From: an uncultured Clostridia bacterium
GTDB taxonomy: Bacteria; Bacillota; Clostridia; TANB77; CAG-508
Reading direction: 5' to 3'
DNA length: 64,000 nucleotides
Assembly (NCBI GenBank): GCA_934154445.1
Contig: CAKPGC010000007.1
Location: 5,763 to 69,762 of the forward strand
The notes beneath the pieces are model-generated. The model did no database searches. It had not been told where the DNA came from and saw nothing but the letters and a program-made list of their open reading frames with translations. This document shows, in pieces, positions 1-10,451 of the stretch (the stretch's first letter is position 1; every line of letters starts with the position of its first letter). The position numbers and the translations under genes are program-made.

Positions 1-324
1 GTTTTCCATATTATTTTCTTCTGAATTGTTATCAATAAATAGTGCTATATCTGTATATGCATATAAATTTTCTATTGTAAAATTTGTAATTGAACTTGCT
101 TTATTTTTCGAATCACAACTACTAAAAAATACTATTTTATTTATTGAAAAAATAGTTTCTTTGTTTTTTTCAGCAAATGATATACTACTATTTTCAAAAG
201 TCTTTTTATATAATAATTTGTTATATGCTTTTTTAAATAGAAAAACTAATATTACCATCAAAATAATAATTATCAGAATATAAATTAATTTTTTTATAAA
301 CTTTTTCTTATTTTTATCTTTCAT
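1..324 (-). CDS. Hypothetical membrane-anchored protein, N-terminal 108 codons only. The gene runs off the left edge of the window.
   Basis: Reverse-strand frame is open for 108 codons with no stop (hand-translated: MKDKNKKKFIKKLIYILIIIILMVILVFLFKKAY...). Start ATG at 324-322 is preceded by GGAGGAAC plus an 8-nt spacer. N-terminus is basic, followed by a TM helix. The plus ORF 26..283 is its antisense shadow. Confidence 0.45.
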   Translation of the reverse strand, partial: MKDKNKKKFIKKLIYILIIIILMVILVFLFKKAYNKLLYKKTFENSSISFAEKNKETIFSINKIVFFSSCDSKNKASSITNFTIENLYAYTDIALFIDNNSEENNMEN

Positions 325-513
325 TCTCTTTTGTTCCTCCTACATATATTTTATTATATAACTTTTATCTAAATTCTTTTTTTATTTTTAAAAATCTTAG
401 ATAAAATTTTATAAAAACTAATAAAATATATGCGAATTCTTTTTATATAATAGTATATTTCTTTACTAAAATCAAGTTTTTTATTTTTTTTCAAAAAAAA
501 TTTTTAAAACTAT

Positions 514-541
514 TGACATTTTGTTTTAAATCCTGTATACT
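514..541 (+). promoter_or_regulatory. Sigma-A type promoter for the tRNA cluster (TTGACA, 16-nt spacer, TATACT)
   Basis: TTGACA at 514-519 and TATACT at 536-541, about 20 nt upstream of the tRNA-Val 5' end. Confidence 0.55.
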
Positions 542-561
542 AATTCTTGTCGAAAGAACAT

Positions 562-637
562 GGTCGTTTAGCTCAGCTGGGAGAGCATCTGCCTTACAAG
601 CAGGGGGTCATAGGTTCGAGCCCTATAACGACCACCA
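562..637 (+). tRNA. tRNA-Val (anticodon TAC)
   Basis: Cloverleaf read by hand: acceptor stem ggtcgtt/aacgacc, D-arm agctcagctgggagagc, anticodon loop cttacaa, T-arm ggttcgagccc, encoded CCA. Confidence 0.9.
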
Positions 638-645
638 TTTTTTAT

Positions 646-722
646 GGCCTGGTAGTTCAGTTGGTTAGAACGCTAGCCTGTCACGCTAGAGGTCGACGGT
701 TCGAGCCCGTTCCAGGTCGCCA
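646..722 (+). tRNA. tRNA-Asp (anticodon GTC)
   Basis: Acceptor ggcctgg/ccaggtc, anticodon loop cctgtcacg, T-arm ggttcgagccc, encoded CCA. Confidence 0.9.
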
Positions 723-751
723 TTTTTTTTATTTATAGATATTTTATTTTT

Positions 752-827
752 GGCTCGATAGCTCAGTTGGTAGAGCAGGGGACTGAAAATCCCCGTGTCA
801 GTGGTTCGATTCCACTTCGAGCCACCA
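752..827 (+). tRNA. tRNA-Phe (anticodon GAA)
   Basis: Acceptor ggctcga/tcgagcc, anticodon loop ctgaaaa, T-arm ggttcgattcc, encoded CCA. Confidence 0.9.
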
Positions 828-860
828 AAAAAAAACTTGATTACAAATCAAGTTTTTTTT
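827..860. terminator. Bidirectional intrinsic terminator shared by the tRNA cluster (plus) and dprA (minus)
   Basis: A-run, then hairpin cttgatt-aca-aatcaag, then T-run (aaaaaaaaacttgattacaaatcaagtttttttt). Confidence 0.8.
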
Positions 861-1767
861 ATTTTATCACATCTTCATAGACTGTAACCATTTTCGCTCC
901 TTGTTTAATCAAATGGTTTGTCCCTATGGAATTAATTGAATTAATATTTCCTGGAACAACGAAAACATCTCTACCCTGTTCCAAAGCAAAATCAACAGTA
1001 ATAAGTGTTCCGCTTTTTTCTTTTGCTTCAACTACAATTATTCCACAACTTATGCCACTAATAATTCTATTTCTTGCTGGAAAATTCATCTTATCTGGCT
1101 TTGTACCAGATGGATATTCTGAAATAATAGCCCCTCCACTTTTTATAATTTCATTTGCAAGTTCAATATTTTCTTTAGGATACACAATATCTAAACCATT
1201 TCCTACAACTGCAATTGTTTTTCCACAGTTAGAATTTACTTTTCCACAATTTTGACTTTTATTATATGTGGATAAACAACCTAAATGTGCATAACTATCC
1301 ACCCCACTAGCCAATCCACTAATAATATTTATATTTTCCTTTGCTAAATTATAAGCAAAATATTCTGCAGCTTTTTTCCCATAATCTGTGCACTTTCTAC
1401 ATCCTACTATTCCTATATTTTTATTATTTAATATCTTCTTATTTCCTTTTATATACAAGATTATTGGTGGATCATATATCTCCTTTAAATTCTGTGGATA
1501 GTCTTTCTCATATATGTGAATGACTTCTATTTTATTTTCTATCATGTATTTTATATGACAATCTAATAATCTTTCATTTTTCGAAAGAATTATATTTCTT
1601 GCAATCTCTTCTCCTATTCCTTCTATTTTTAATAGTTCTTCTTTTTTTAATTTATATATTTCTTTGGGGCTATTATATAATTTTAGTAGTTTATATTTTT
1701 TTTTAGGTCCTAACCCTTTAATCAAGCTCAACCATACCCAGTATCTTTTTTCTTCTAAATCATTCAA
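859..1767 (-). CDS. dprA: DNA processing protein DprA (Smf)
   Basis: DprA Rossmann signature GLASGVDSYAHLG; C-terminal part (DFALEQGRDVFVVPG) matches the DprA Rossmann domain and the N-terminal part is SAM-like. Confidence 0.85.
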   Translation of the reverse strand: MNDLEEKRYWVWLSLIKGLGPKKKYKLLKLYNSPKEIYKLKKEELLKIEGIGEEIARNIILSKNERLLDCHIKYMIENKIEVIHIYEKDYPQNLKEIYDPPIILYIKGNKKILNNKNIGIVGCRKCTDYGKKAAEYFAYNLAKENINIISGLASGVDSYAHLGCLSTYNKSQNCGKVNSNCGKTIAVVGNGLDIVYPKENIELANEIIKSGGAIISEYPSGTKPDKMNFPARNRIISGISCGIIVVEAKEKSGTLITVDFALEQGRDVFVVPGNINSINSIGTNHLIKQGAKMVTVYEDVIK

Positions 1768-1826
1768 ATAAACTCCTCCTTATAAACAAATTAAGACACC
1801 TTTAATAAAGGTGTCCCACATATTTT

Positions 1827-2684
1827 TTAATCAAACATATTGTTTTGTCTTTTTGTAGCTTTTACAACGTTATTCATAAGCATAGCTATCGTCATCGGTC
1901 CCACTCCCCCAGGAACAGGTGTTATATAGCTTGTCTTCTCTTTTACATTTTCAAAATCCACATCTCCTGTAACTTTTCCATCATCTAATCTGTTAATTCC
2001 TACATCAATTACTACCGCATTTTCTTTAACCATATCAGCTGTTACAAAATGAGCCTTACCAATTGCAGAAATTAAAATGTCAGCTTTTAAAGTAATTTCT
2101 TTTATGTTTTGTGTTTTAGAATGGCATGTTGTTACTGTAGCATTTTTATTTAAACAACAATGTATTAATGGTTTTCCGACAATATTGCTCCTTCCCAAGA
2201 TTACCACATTTTTACCATTCAAGTCAATACCATACTCTTCAAACATTTTCATAATACCATACGGTGTACATGATACAAATGTATCTTGATTTAAAACCAG
2301 TTTTCCAACGTTTACCGGATTAAAACCATCCACATCCTTTTGAGGTGAAATCGTTCTAAATGCTTCATTTATATCTAAATTTGCCGGTATTGGACTTTGT
2401 AATAATATTCCATTTATAGTTTTGTCTGTATTTAATTTTTCTATTAGTCTTATTAATTTTTCTTGAGTTGTATTTGCATCCAGTAAATACTCTTCATATT
2501 CTATACCAACATCAATGCATGCTTTACTTTTATTTTTAACATATATCTTGGAAGCTGGATCTTCTCCTACCATTATTACTGCCAATTTAGTATTAATATT
2601 TTTTTGTTTTAATTCTTCACATTCAATTTTCAAATTTGCTCTTATCTTTTTTGCAAGTTCTTTTCCATCTATAATTATAGCCAT
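1827..2684 (-). CDS. folD: Bifunctional methylene-THF dehydrogenase / methenyl-THF cyclohydrolase FolD
   Basis: FolD motifs (ILLQSPIP, GRSNIVGKP, PVPGGVGPMT). Start taken at MAIIIDGK (AAGGAG 7 nt upstream); the ORF-track 5' extension is not used. Confidence 0.9.
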   Translation of the reverse strand: MAIIIDGKELAKKIRANLKIECEELKQKNINTKLAVIMVGEDPASKIYVKNKSKACIDVGIEYEEYLLDANTTQEKLIRLIEKLNTDKTINGILLQSPIPANLDINEAFRTISPQKDVDGFNPVNVGKLVLNQDTFVSCTPYGIMKMFEEYGIDLNGKNVVILGRSNIVGKPLIHCCLNKNATVTTCHSKTQNIKEITLKADILISAIGKAHFVTADMVKENAVVIDVGINRLDDGKVTGDVDFENVKEKTSYITPVPGGVGPMTIAMLMNNVVKATKRQNNMFD

Positions 2685-2731
2685 TATTTCTCCTTCTTTA
2701 TCAAAAAAGTAAATCCTTATTGACAACTTTT

Positions 2732-3048
2732 TTATATATCATTTATTATCTTATATTCAATATCTTCCATATCTGGAAACATTTCCCTAACTCTCTTTAA
2801 TGTAAGCATTGACATCTTTGGTTGTGGATTTCTTTTGTGTTCTGATAATAATTTTTGTGTATAACAATTTGGAGCTGTTTTAAATAATAAATATCTGTTT
2901 CTAACATAAGTATAATATATCTGATATCCATTATTTAAATCTTCCCACATCATTTCAAATGTATATTTTTCTTCCATATTTTCCTCCCGTAATAAAAAAT
3001 CTGTTCCAAATGGACAAAGATGTTCAAAAATAAACATATATTTGAACA

Positions 3049-3049
<1 letters not shown>
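2732..3049 (-). CDS. Small hypothetical protein (105 aa) with two Cys motifs, translationally coupled to ligA
   Basis: Its ATG overlaps the ligA stop (TAATG). It has CPFG and APNCY motifs. I recognise no family. Confidence 0.4.
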
Positions 3050-5118
<2,069 letters not shown>

Positions 5119-5158
5119 TTAAAAAATTCCTTCATTTTAATTATTTATTTTTATTTAA

Positions 5159-5473
5159 TTATATATTTTTATAATCTTGCATTTTCTTGTAAGCATATAC
5201 TGCTGATATTCCTAATACTGCTACTACTAACACAGCTGGTATTGAATCCTCAACACCTGTTTTTGGTAATGATGTATTGTTATAATTGTTTGTATTGTTA
5301 GTTTTTAATACAGTATTATTTGTACTATTATTTACTATGTTATTTGTGTTATTACCAGATAAAGTATTTGTTAAGTCTCTTGTTGTTGCTGCTAATGAAT
5401 TTTTAGCAACAATAATAACTGAAAGGCTTATTATCATAATTAAAACTATTTTTACTAATTTAGAATTTTTCAT
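5159..5473 (-). CDS. Small LPXTG cell-wall-anchored surface protein (104 aa), N/T-rich low complexity
   Basis: Signal peptide; LPKTG sorting motif followed by a hydrophobic stretch and a KKMQDYK tail; good SD. Confidence 0.7.
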   Translation of the reverse strand: MKNSKLVKIVLIMIISLSVIIVAKNSLAATTRDLTNTLSGNNTNNIVNNSTNNTVLKTNNTNNYNNTSLPKTGVEDSIPAVLVVAVLGISAVYAYKKMQDYKNI

Positions 5474-5639
5474 TTTTATTCTCTCCTTTTTATATTTATT
5501 ATTCTACGACTAAATATAATTATACCTTTTTCTTAAGTACAATTTAAAACTTAATTATATTTTATACTTTATAGTTAAATTAGTCAATATGTTTTTTAAA
5601 ATTTTATTTTACATTTTTGTTACAAAATAATTAATTATT

Positions 5640-6731
5640 CTACACATTAAATTTAAATAATACAATATCTCCATCTTGCATTATATATTCTTTTCCTTCT
5701 GAACGTACTAGTCCCTTTTCTCTGGCTGCCACCATTGATCCTTCTCTTATTAGATCATCATAAGATACTACTTCAGCTTTTATAAATCCTCTTTCTATAT
5801 CAGAGTGTATTTTTCCTGCAGCTTGTGGTGCTTTTGTTCCTTTTTTTATTGTCCAAGCTCTTACCTCAGGTTCTCCTGCTGTTAAGAATGACATTAATCC
5901 TAATAAATCATAACTTCTTTTTATTACCTTATCAAGTCCTGACTCTTCTAGTCCCAGTGCATCAAGCATTTCTTTTTTATCTTCATCTTCTAAGCCAGAA
6001 AGTTCTTCTTCAATTTTAACACACAATGGTATAACATCTGCTTTTTCATTTGAAGCATATTCTTTTACCTGTTTTACAAATTCATCATTTTCTGCATCTT
6101 CTAACTGTTCTTCAGATACATTTGCAATGTATAAAATTGGTTTTGTTGTTAACAAAAACATATCTTTTACCATTGTTTGCTCATCTTCGTTAAATTCTAT
6201 TGTTCTTGCTGATTTTCCATCTTCTAATACTTTTAGAATTTTTTCTAATAAGTCAATTTCTTCTTGATATTTTTTATCTGCTTTTAGATTTTTCTTTGCT
6301 TTGTCTAATCTCTTATTTACTGTTTCTATATCTGAAAATATTAACTCTAAGTTTATTGTTTCAATATCTCTAATAGGATTTATACTTCCATCAACATGCA
6401 CAACATTTGAATCTTCAAAACATCTAACAACTTCAACTATTGCATCAGTTTCTCTTATATGTGATAAGAATTTATTTCCTAGTCCTTCTCCTCTACTTGC
6501 TCCTTTTACTAATCCTGCAATATCAACGAATTCTATTACTGCGTGTGTTGTTTTTTCTGGTTTGTACATTTCAGTTAACTTATCTAATCTTTCATCTGGT
6601 ACAGCAACTACTCCAACGTTTGGCTCTATTGTGCAAAATGGATAATTTGCGCATTCTGCTCCTGCTTTTGTTATGCTGTTAAACAATGTGCTTTTTCCTA
6701 CATTTGGTAATCCTACAATTCCTAATTTCAT
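5640..6731 (-). CDS. ychF: Ribosome-binding ATPase YchF (Obg-family GTPase)
   Basis: N-terminal G1 GLPNVGKST, TGS C-terminal domain, 363 aa. Confidence 0.95.
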   Translation of the reverse strand: MKLGIVGLPNVGKSTLFNSITKAGAECANYPFCTIEPNVGVVAVPDERLDKLTEMYKPEKTTHAVIEFVDIAGLVKGASRGEGLGNKFLSHIRETDAIVEVVRCFEDSNVVHVDGSINPIRDIETINLELIFSDIETVNKRLDKAKKNLKADKKYQEEIDLLEKILKVLEDGKSARTIEFNEDEQTMVKDMFLLTTKPILYIANVSEEQLEDAENDEFVKQVKEYASNEKADVIPLCVKIEEELSGLEDEDKKEMLDALGLEESGLDKVIKRSYDLLGLMSFLTAGEPEVRAWTIKKGTKAPQAAGKIHSDIERGFIKAEVVSYDDLIREGSMVAAREKGLVRSEGKEYIMQDGDIVLFKFNV

Positions 6732-7075
6732 TTTTTCCTCCCATTTTTTCTGTTTATAATTACAGTAATATAATTTACTTTCATTTTTGTTTCAAATATT
6801 ATTTTACATTATATTACTTAGTTTTTCAAGTTATTTATGAAATTATTATTTTTTATAAATTTTTTTTATTGTAACATTTATATTTTGTATTTAATATTGT
6901 ATTATAGAGTTGAAATTATGAATGATTTAAATCCTTATTTTTCAAAAATGGGGCAACAATTTTATAATTTTCTAATTTATTTTAATTTATGTATATTTTT
7001 ATTTTTTAAAAAAGTAGTATTCCTGTTAAATACTACTCTTTTTGTAATTATCTTTACTATTATTTATAACTATAA

Positions 7076-7600
7076 TTATTTATTTAAAATCAATTGTTCA
7101 TATTCTTCAAAATTTGGCTCATATTCTTTTAGCATGTTATAAAATCCCTTTGAATGTGTTTTATATTTTAAATGACAGTATTGATGCAATACGATATAAT
7201 CAATTACATTTCTATCATATTTTACTATTTCCGGATTAATTGTTATTTTTTTATCTTCGCATTTTCCTAATTTGCCATTTATTTTTTCAATTATATAATC
7301 TTCTGGTGCAAATCCTAATAAGATTCTTGTTTTTTCCATTGCTCTTTCTACTTCTACTTTTGCAATTTGTTCGTACATTTTATCTATTGCTATATCTAGT
7401 ATTTTTTCGTTGTTTGCTTTTTTATATTTGTTTGGTAGTGATATTTTTATAATTTTATCTTCTACATCTAGTTCAGCAACTTTGATATTTTTGTATATTA
7501 TTTTTACTTTGTAATCTGTTCCTAATACAGGCACTGGGTGTCTTTCTGCTGTTTCTTCTATTGTTATTTTTAGGTTAATTTTCTTTGTCATTATTTTCAT
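7076..7600 (-). CDS. YgjP/DUF45-like (M48-related) putative metal-dependent hydrolase, paralog 1. It carries HQxxH in place of HExxH.
   Basis: Clear similarity to the 18392..18895 paralog (DYIVLHQYCHLKYKTHSKGFYNMLKEY vs RYVILHELCHLKHMNHSKEFWNLVRIY). Confidence 0.6.
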   Translation of the reverse strand: MKIMTKKINLKITIEETAERHPVPVLGTDYKVKIIYKNIKVAELDVEDKIIKISLPNKYKKANNEKILDIAIDKMYEQIAKVEVERAMEKTRILLGFAPEDYIIEKINGKLGKCEDKKITINPEIVKYDRNVIDYIVLHQYCHLKYKTHSKGFYNMLKEYEPNFEEYEQLILNK

Positions 7601-7776
7601 TCTATATCACTCCTTGCAAATTTATGTTTTACAAAATCTTGTTCGTTTTGTTGTACTTATTTTATATTTTATTTTTTATTTTGTCAATACTTTTTTATAA
7701 AAAAATTAAAATTTTTGTTCGGTGTTTAATTTTTGTTTAAGTATTGTTCTCTTTTAATCTTAGTTCTATAAATTCG

Positions 7777-7837
7777 GTGGACAAAAAAATTTACATGAAC
7801 AAAACGTGGACAAAACCATATTTTGGCATTTGTCCAC
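7777..7837. repeat. Three copies of GTGGACAAA: two direct and one inverted. They form a 9-bp-stem hairpin downstream of the GGGtGRT gene.
   Basis: GTGGACAAA at 7777-7785 and 7806-7814; TTTGTCCAC at 7829-7837; T-rich flank. Possible bidirectional terminator and/or operator. Confidence 0.5.
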
Positions 7838-7884
7838 ATTTCTTTTTAATATCATATAAAATTACTGTAATTCAGTATTAACAA

Positions 7885-8886
7885 CTATTTCATAGCTTCT
7901 TCTACTGCAACAGCTACTGCAACTGAAGCACCAACCATAGGGTTGTTACCCATACCAATTAATCCCATCATTTCAACGTGAGCTGGTACTGAAGAACTTC
8001 CTGCAAATTGAGCATCTGAATGCATTCTTCCCATAGTATCTGTCATACCATAAGAAGCTGGTCCAGCAGCCATATTATCTGGATGTAATGTTCTACCTGT
8101 TCCACCACCTGAAGCAACTGAGAAGTATTTTTTACCTGCTTCAAGTCTTTCTTTCTTATATGTACCTGCAACTGGATGTTGGAATCTTGTTGGGTTTGTT
8201 GAGTTACCTGTAATAGATACATCAACATCTTCTAACCACATGATTGCTACACCTTCTCTAACATCATTTGCACCATAGCATCTAACTTGGCTTCTTTCAC
8301 CTTCTGAGTATTTAATTTCTTCAACTATTTTTACTTTTCCTGTGAAGAAGTCAAAGTCTGTTTTTACATAAGTAAATCCATTAATTCTTGATATTACTTG
8401 TGCTGCATCTTTTCCAAGTCCATTTAAGATTACTCTTAATGGTTCTTTTCTAACTTTATTTGCTGATTTTGCTATACCAATAGCTCCTTCAGCTGCTGCA
8501 AAGCTTTCATGTCCTGCTAAGAATGCAAAACATTTTGTATCTTCTGATAATAGCATTGATGCTAAGTTTCCATGTCCTAATCCAACTTTTCTATCGTCTG
8601 CGACTGAACCTGGAATACAGAATGCTTGTAATCCTTCTCCAATTGCTTTTGCTGCATCTGCTGCTTTGTTACATCCTTTTTTGATTGCTATTGCTGCACC
8701 TAATGTGTATGCCCATGCTGCGTTTTCAAAACATATTGGTTGAATTCCTTTTACTATTTCATAAGGGTTAAATCCTTTGTCTGTGCATATCTTCAATGCA
8801 TCTTCAAAATCTTTTATTCCGTACTTTTCCATTACTGGTTTTATTTGGTCTATTCTTCTTTCATAACTTTCAAATGTTACTGCCAT
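7885..8886 (-). CDS. GGGtGRT family protein (uncharacterised, Gly-rich)
   Basis: Contains the eponymous motif SGGGTGRTLHP; 333 aa; second gene of a two-gene operon. Confidence 0.7.
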   Translation of the reverse strand: MAVTFESYERRIDQIKPVMEKYGIKDFEDALKICTDKGFNPYEIVKGIQPICFENAAWAYTLGAAIAIKKGCNKAADAAKAIGEGLQAFCIPGSVADDRKVGLGHGNLASMLLSEDTKCFAFLAGHESFAAAEGAIGIAKSANKVRKEPLRVILNGLGKDAAQVISRINGFTYVKTDFDFFTGKVKIVEEIKYSEGERSQVRCYGANDVREGVAIMWLEDVDVSITGNSTNPTRFQHPVAGTYKKERLEAGKKYFSVASGGGTGRTLHPDNMAAGPASYGMTDTMGRMHSDAQFAGSSSVPAHVEMMGLIGMGNNPMVGASVAVAVAVEEAMK

Positions 8887-8959
8887 TTTTATTCCTCCTT
8901 AAAATTATGGTTCTATATTTTTTATAGGTTATATACATTATCTAAAATGAACGTTTTCC

Positions 8960-9652
8960 CTATGCTTCTCTAGGGTCAATAGTCTTAACTGCTTCACTAA
9001 ATCTTCCATAAGTACCAGAAGCTTTTTCAATTGCTTCTTTAGGGTCAATTCCTTTTTTGATGTTATCCATCATTTTTCCTAAATGAACATATTTGTAACC
9101 AATTATTTGGTCATCTTTATCTAAACCTAATTCAACTATGTATCCTTCTGCAAGATTTAAGTATCTTGGTCCTTTTAATGAACTTGAATAAATTGTTCCA
9201 ACTTGTGATGTGTGTCCTTTTCCTAAGTCTTCAAGTCCTGCTCCTACTGGAAGTCCTCCTTCTGAGAAAGCTGTTTGTGTTCTACCATATACTATTTGTA
9301 AGAATAATTCTCTCATAGCAGTATTTATAGCATCACATACTAAGTCTGTGTTTAATGCTTCTAATATTGTTTTTCCTGTTAAAATTTCTCCTGCCATTGC
9401 AGCTGAGTGTGTCATTCCTGAACATCCAACTGTTTCTATTAATGCTTCTTGGATTACTCCGTCTTTTACATTTAATGTTAATTTACATGCTCCTTGTTGT
9501 GGTGCACACCATCCTATACCATGTGTTAATCCTGATATATCTTTTATTTCTTTTGCTTTTACCCATTTTCCTTCTTCTGGGATTGGTGCAGGTCCATGGT
9601 CTACTCCTTTTGCAACTGTACACATTTCCTCTAATTCTTTTGAATAAATCAT
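8960..9652 (-). CDS. IscU/NifU-like Fe-S scaffold domain protein (230 aa) with extra N- and C-terminal regions
   Basis: Central segment aligns with IscU including the three ligand cysteines (GWCAPQQGACKL..., VGCSGMTHSAAMAGE..., LVCDAI). Confidence 0.65.
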   Translation of the reverse strand: MIYSKELEEMCTVAKGVDHGPAPIPEEGKWVKAKEIKDISGLTHGIGWCAPQQGACKLTLNVKDGVIQEALIETVGCSGMTHSAAMAGEILTGKTILEALNTDLVCDAINTAMRELFLQIVYGRTQTAFSEGGLPVGAGLEDLGKGHTSQVGTIYSSSLKGPRYLNLAEGYIVELGLDKDDQIIGYKYVHLGKMMDNIKKGIDPKEAIEKASGTYGRFSEAVKTIDPREA

Positions 9653-9753
9653 CTTTTTTTGCTCCTTTCATTTTACTCATCATAAATTAAACCTTCTTAA
9701 TTTACAAATCAACTTTTATTACTAGAATATTAAAAATACTCTAAAATTAATAA

Positions 9754-10443
9754 CTATTTCTTTAATTTTTCCATTTGCTCATCAGAAAATATAATCTGAT
9801 TTCTTGCTTTTTCATCTTTTGTTGCAACATACTCTATATTCTGCTCTGCTGAATAACTTTCTGTGTCATAGTCTACTATATTTTTAATATTTTTTATGTA
9901 TATTCCTGCTTCGTATCTTTCTCTTCTTCTAATAACTTTTTCTCCTAAAAGATATCTTTCTATAATTTCTTTTTCTTGTTTGTTAAGCTGTTCTTCTTTA
10001 ATTCCCAGGAAATTGTATCTCCATATTATATGTCTTTCATAACTTGAAAATTTTGATTTACTTAGGTCTTCATAATCATATTCAACTTTAAATTGTATAC
10101 CTTGAATTTCCATTGTAATATTAGTCCAAGTTGATACAACTTCTATTTTTTTGAATTCTTCTCTTAACTCTACTATTTTTTGATACAAAATATTTACTAG
10201 CTCTATATATTCTTTTTCATCTAGATTAAACTTTTGTGGTATTTCATAGACATTAACAGGGTTTTTTCTAAAAATTCCTTTAGGAATATAATAGAAAAAT
10301 AACTCCCCTGTTTTGTGTCCATCTATTAAATCAGATACTGAGGCATACAAATACATTTTATCCCATTTTTCTGGTATCATATAAAATATACGTCTTTGTA
10401 TATCTTCATACATATCTTTTATTTTCTTTGTATGTTTTAACAT
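9754..10443 (-). CDS. EsaG/YezG (DUF600)-like immunity-type protein with a ~70-aa C-terminal extension
   Basis: Pattern IPEKWDKMYLYA...GELFFYYIPKG...YEIPQKFNLDE...STWTNITMEIQGIQFKVEYDYEDL...ERHIIWRYNFLGI recalls the DUF600 nuclease-toxin immunity family. Recalled from memory, not searched. Confidence 0.45.
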   Translation of the reverse strand: MLKHTKKIKDMYEDIQRRIFYMIPEKWDKMYLYASVSDLIDGHKTGELFFYYIPKGIFRKNPVNVYEIPQKFNLDEKEYIELVNILYQKIVELREEFKKIEVVSTWTNITMEIQGIQFKVEYDYEDLSKSKFSSYERHIIWRYNFLGIKEEQLNKQEKEIIERYLLGEKVIRRRERYEAGIYIKNIKNIVDYDTESYSAEQNIEYVATKDEKARNQIIFSDEQMEKLKK

Positions 10444-10451
10444 ATTTACCC

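Noticed and set aside
26-283. 85-aa plus-strand ORF at the window start
   Set aside because: It is the antisense shadow of a better-supported minus-strand ORF (1..324), which has a strong SD and a membrane-anchor N-terminus.
547-738. 63-aa plus-strand ORF
   Set aside because: It lies entirely over the tRNA-Val and tRNA-Asp genes and is an artefact of tRNA sequence.
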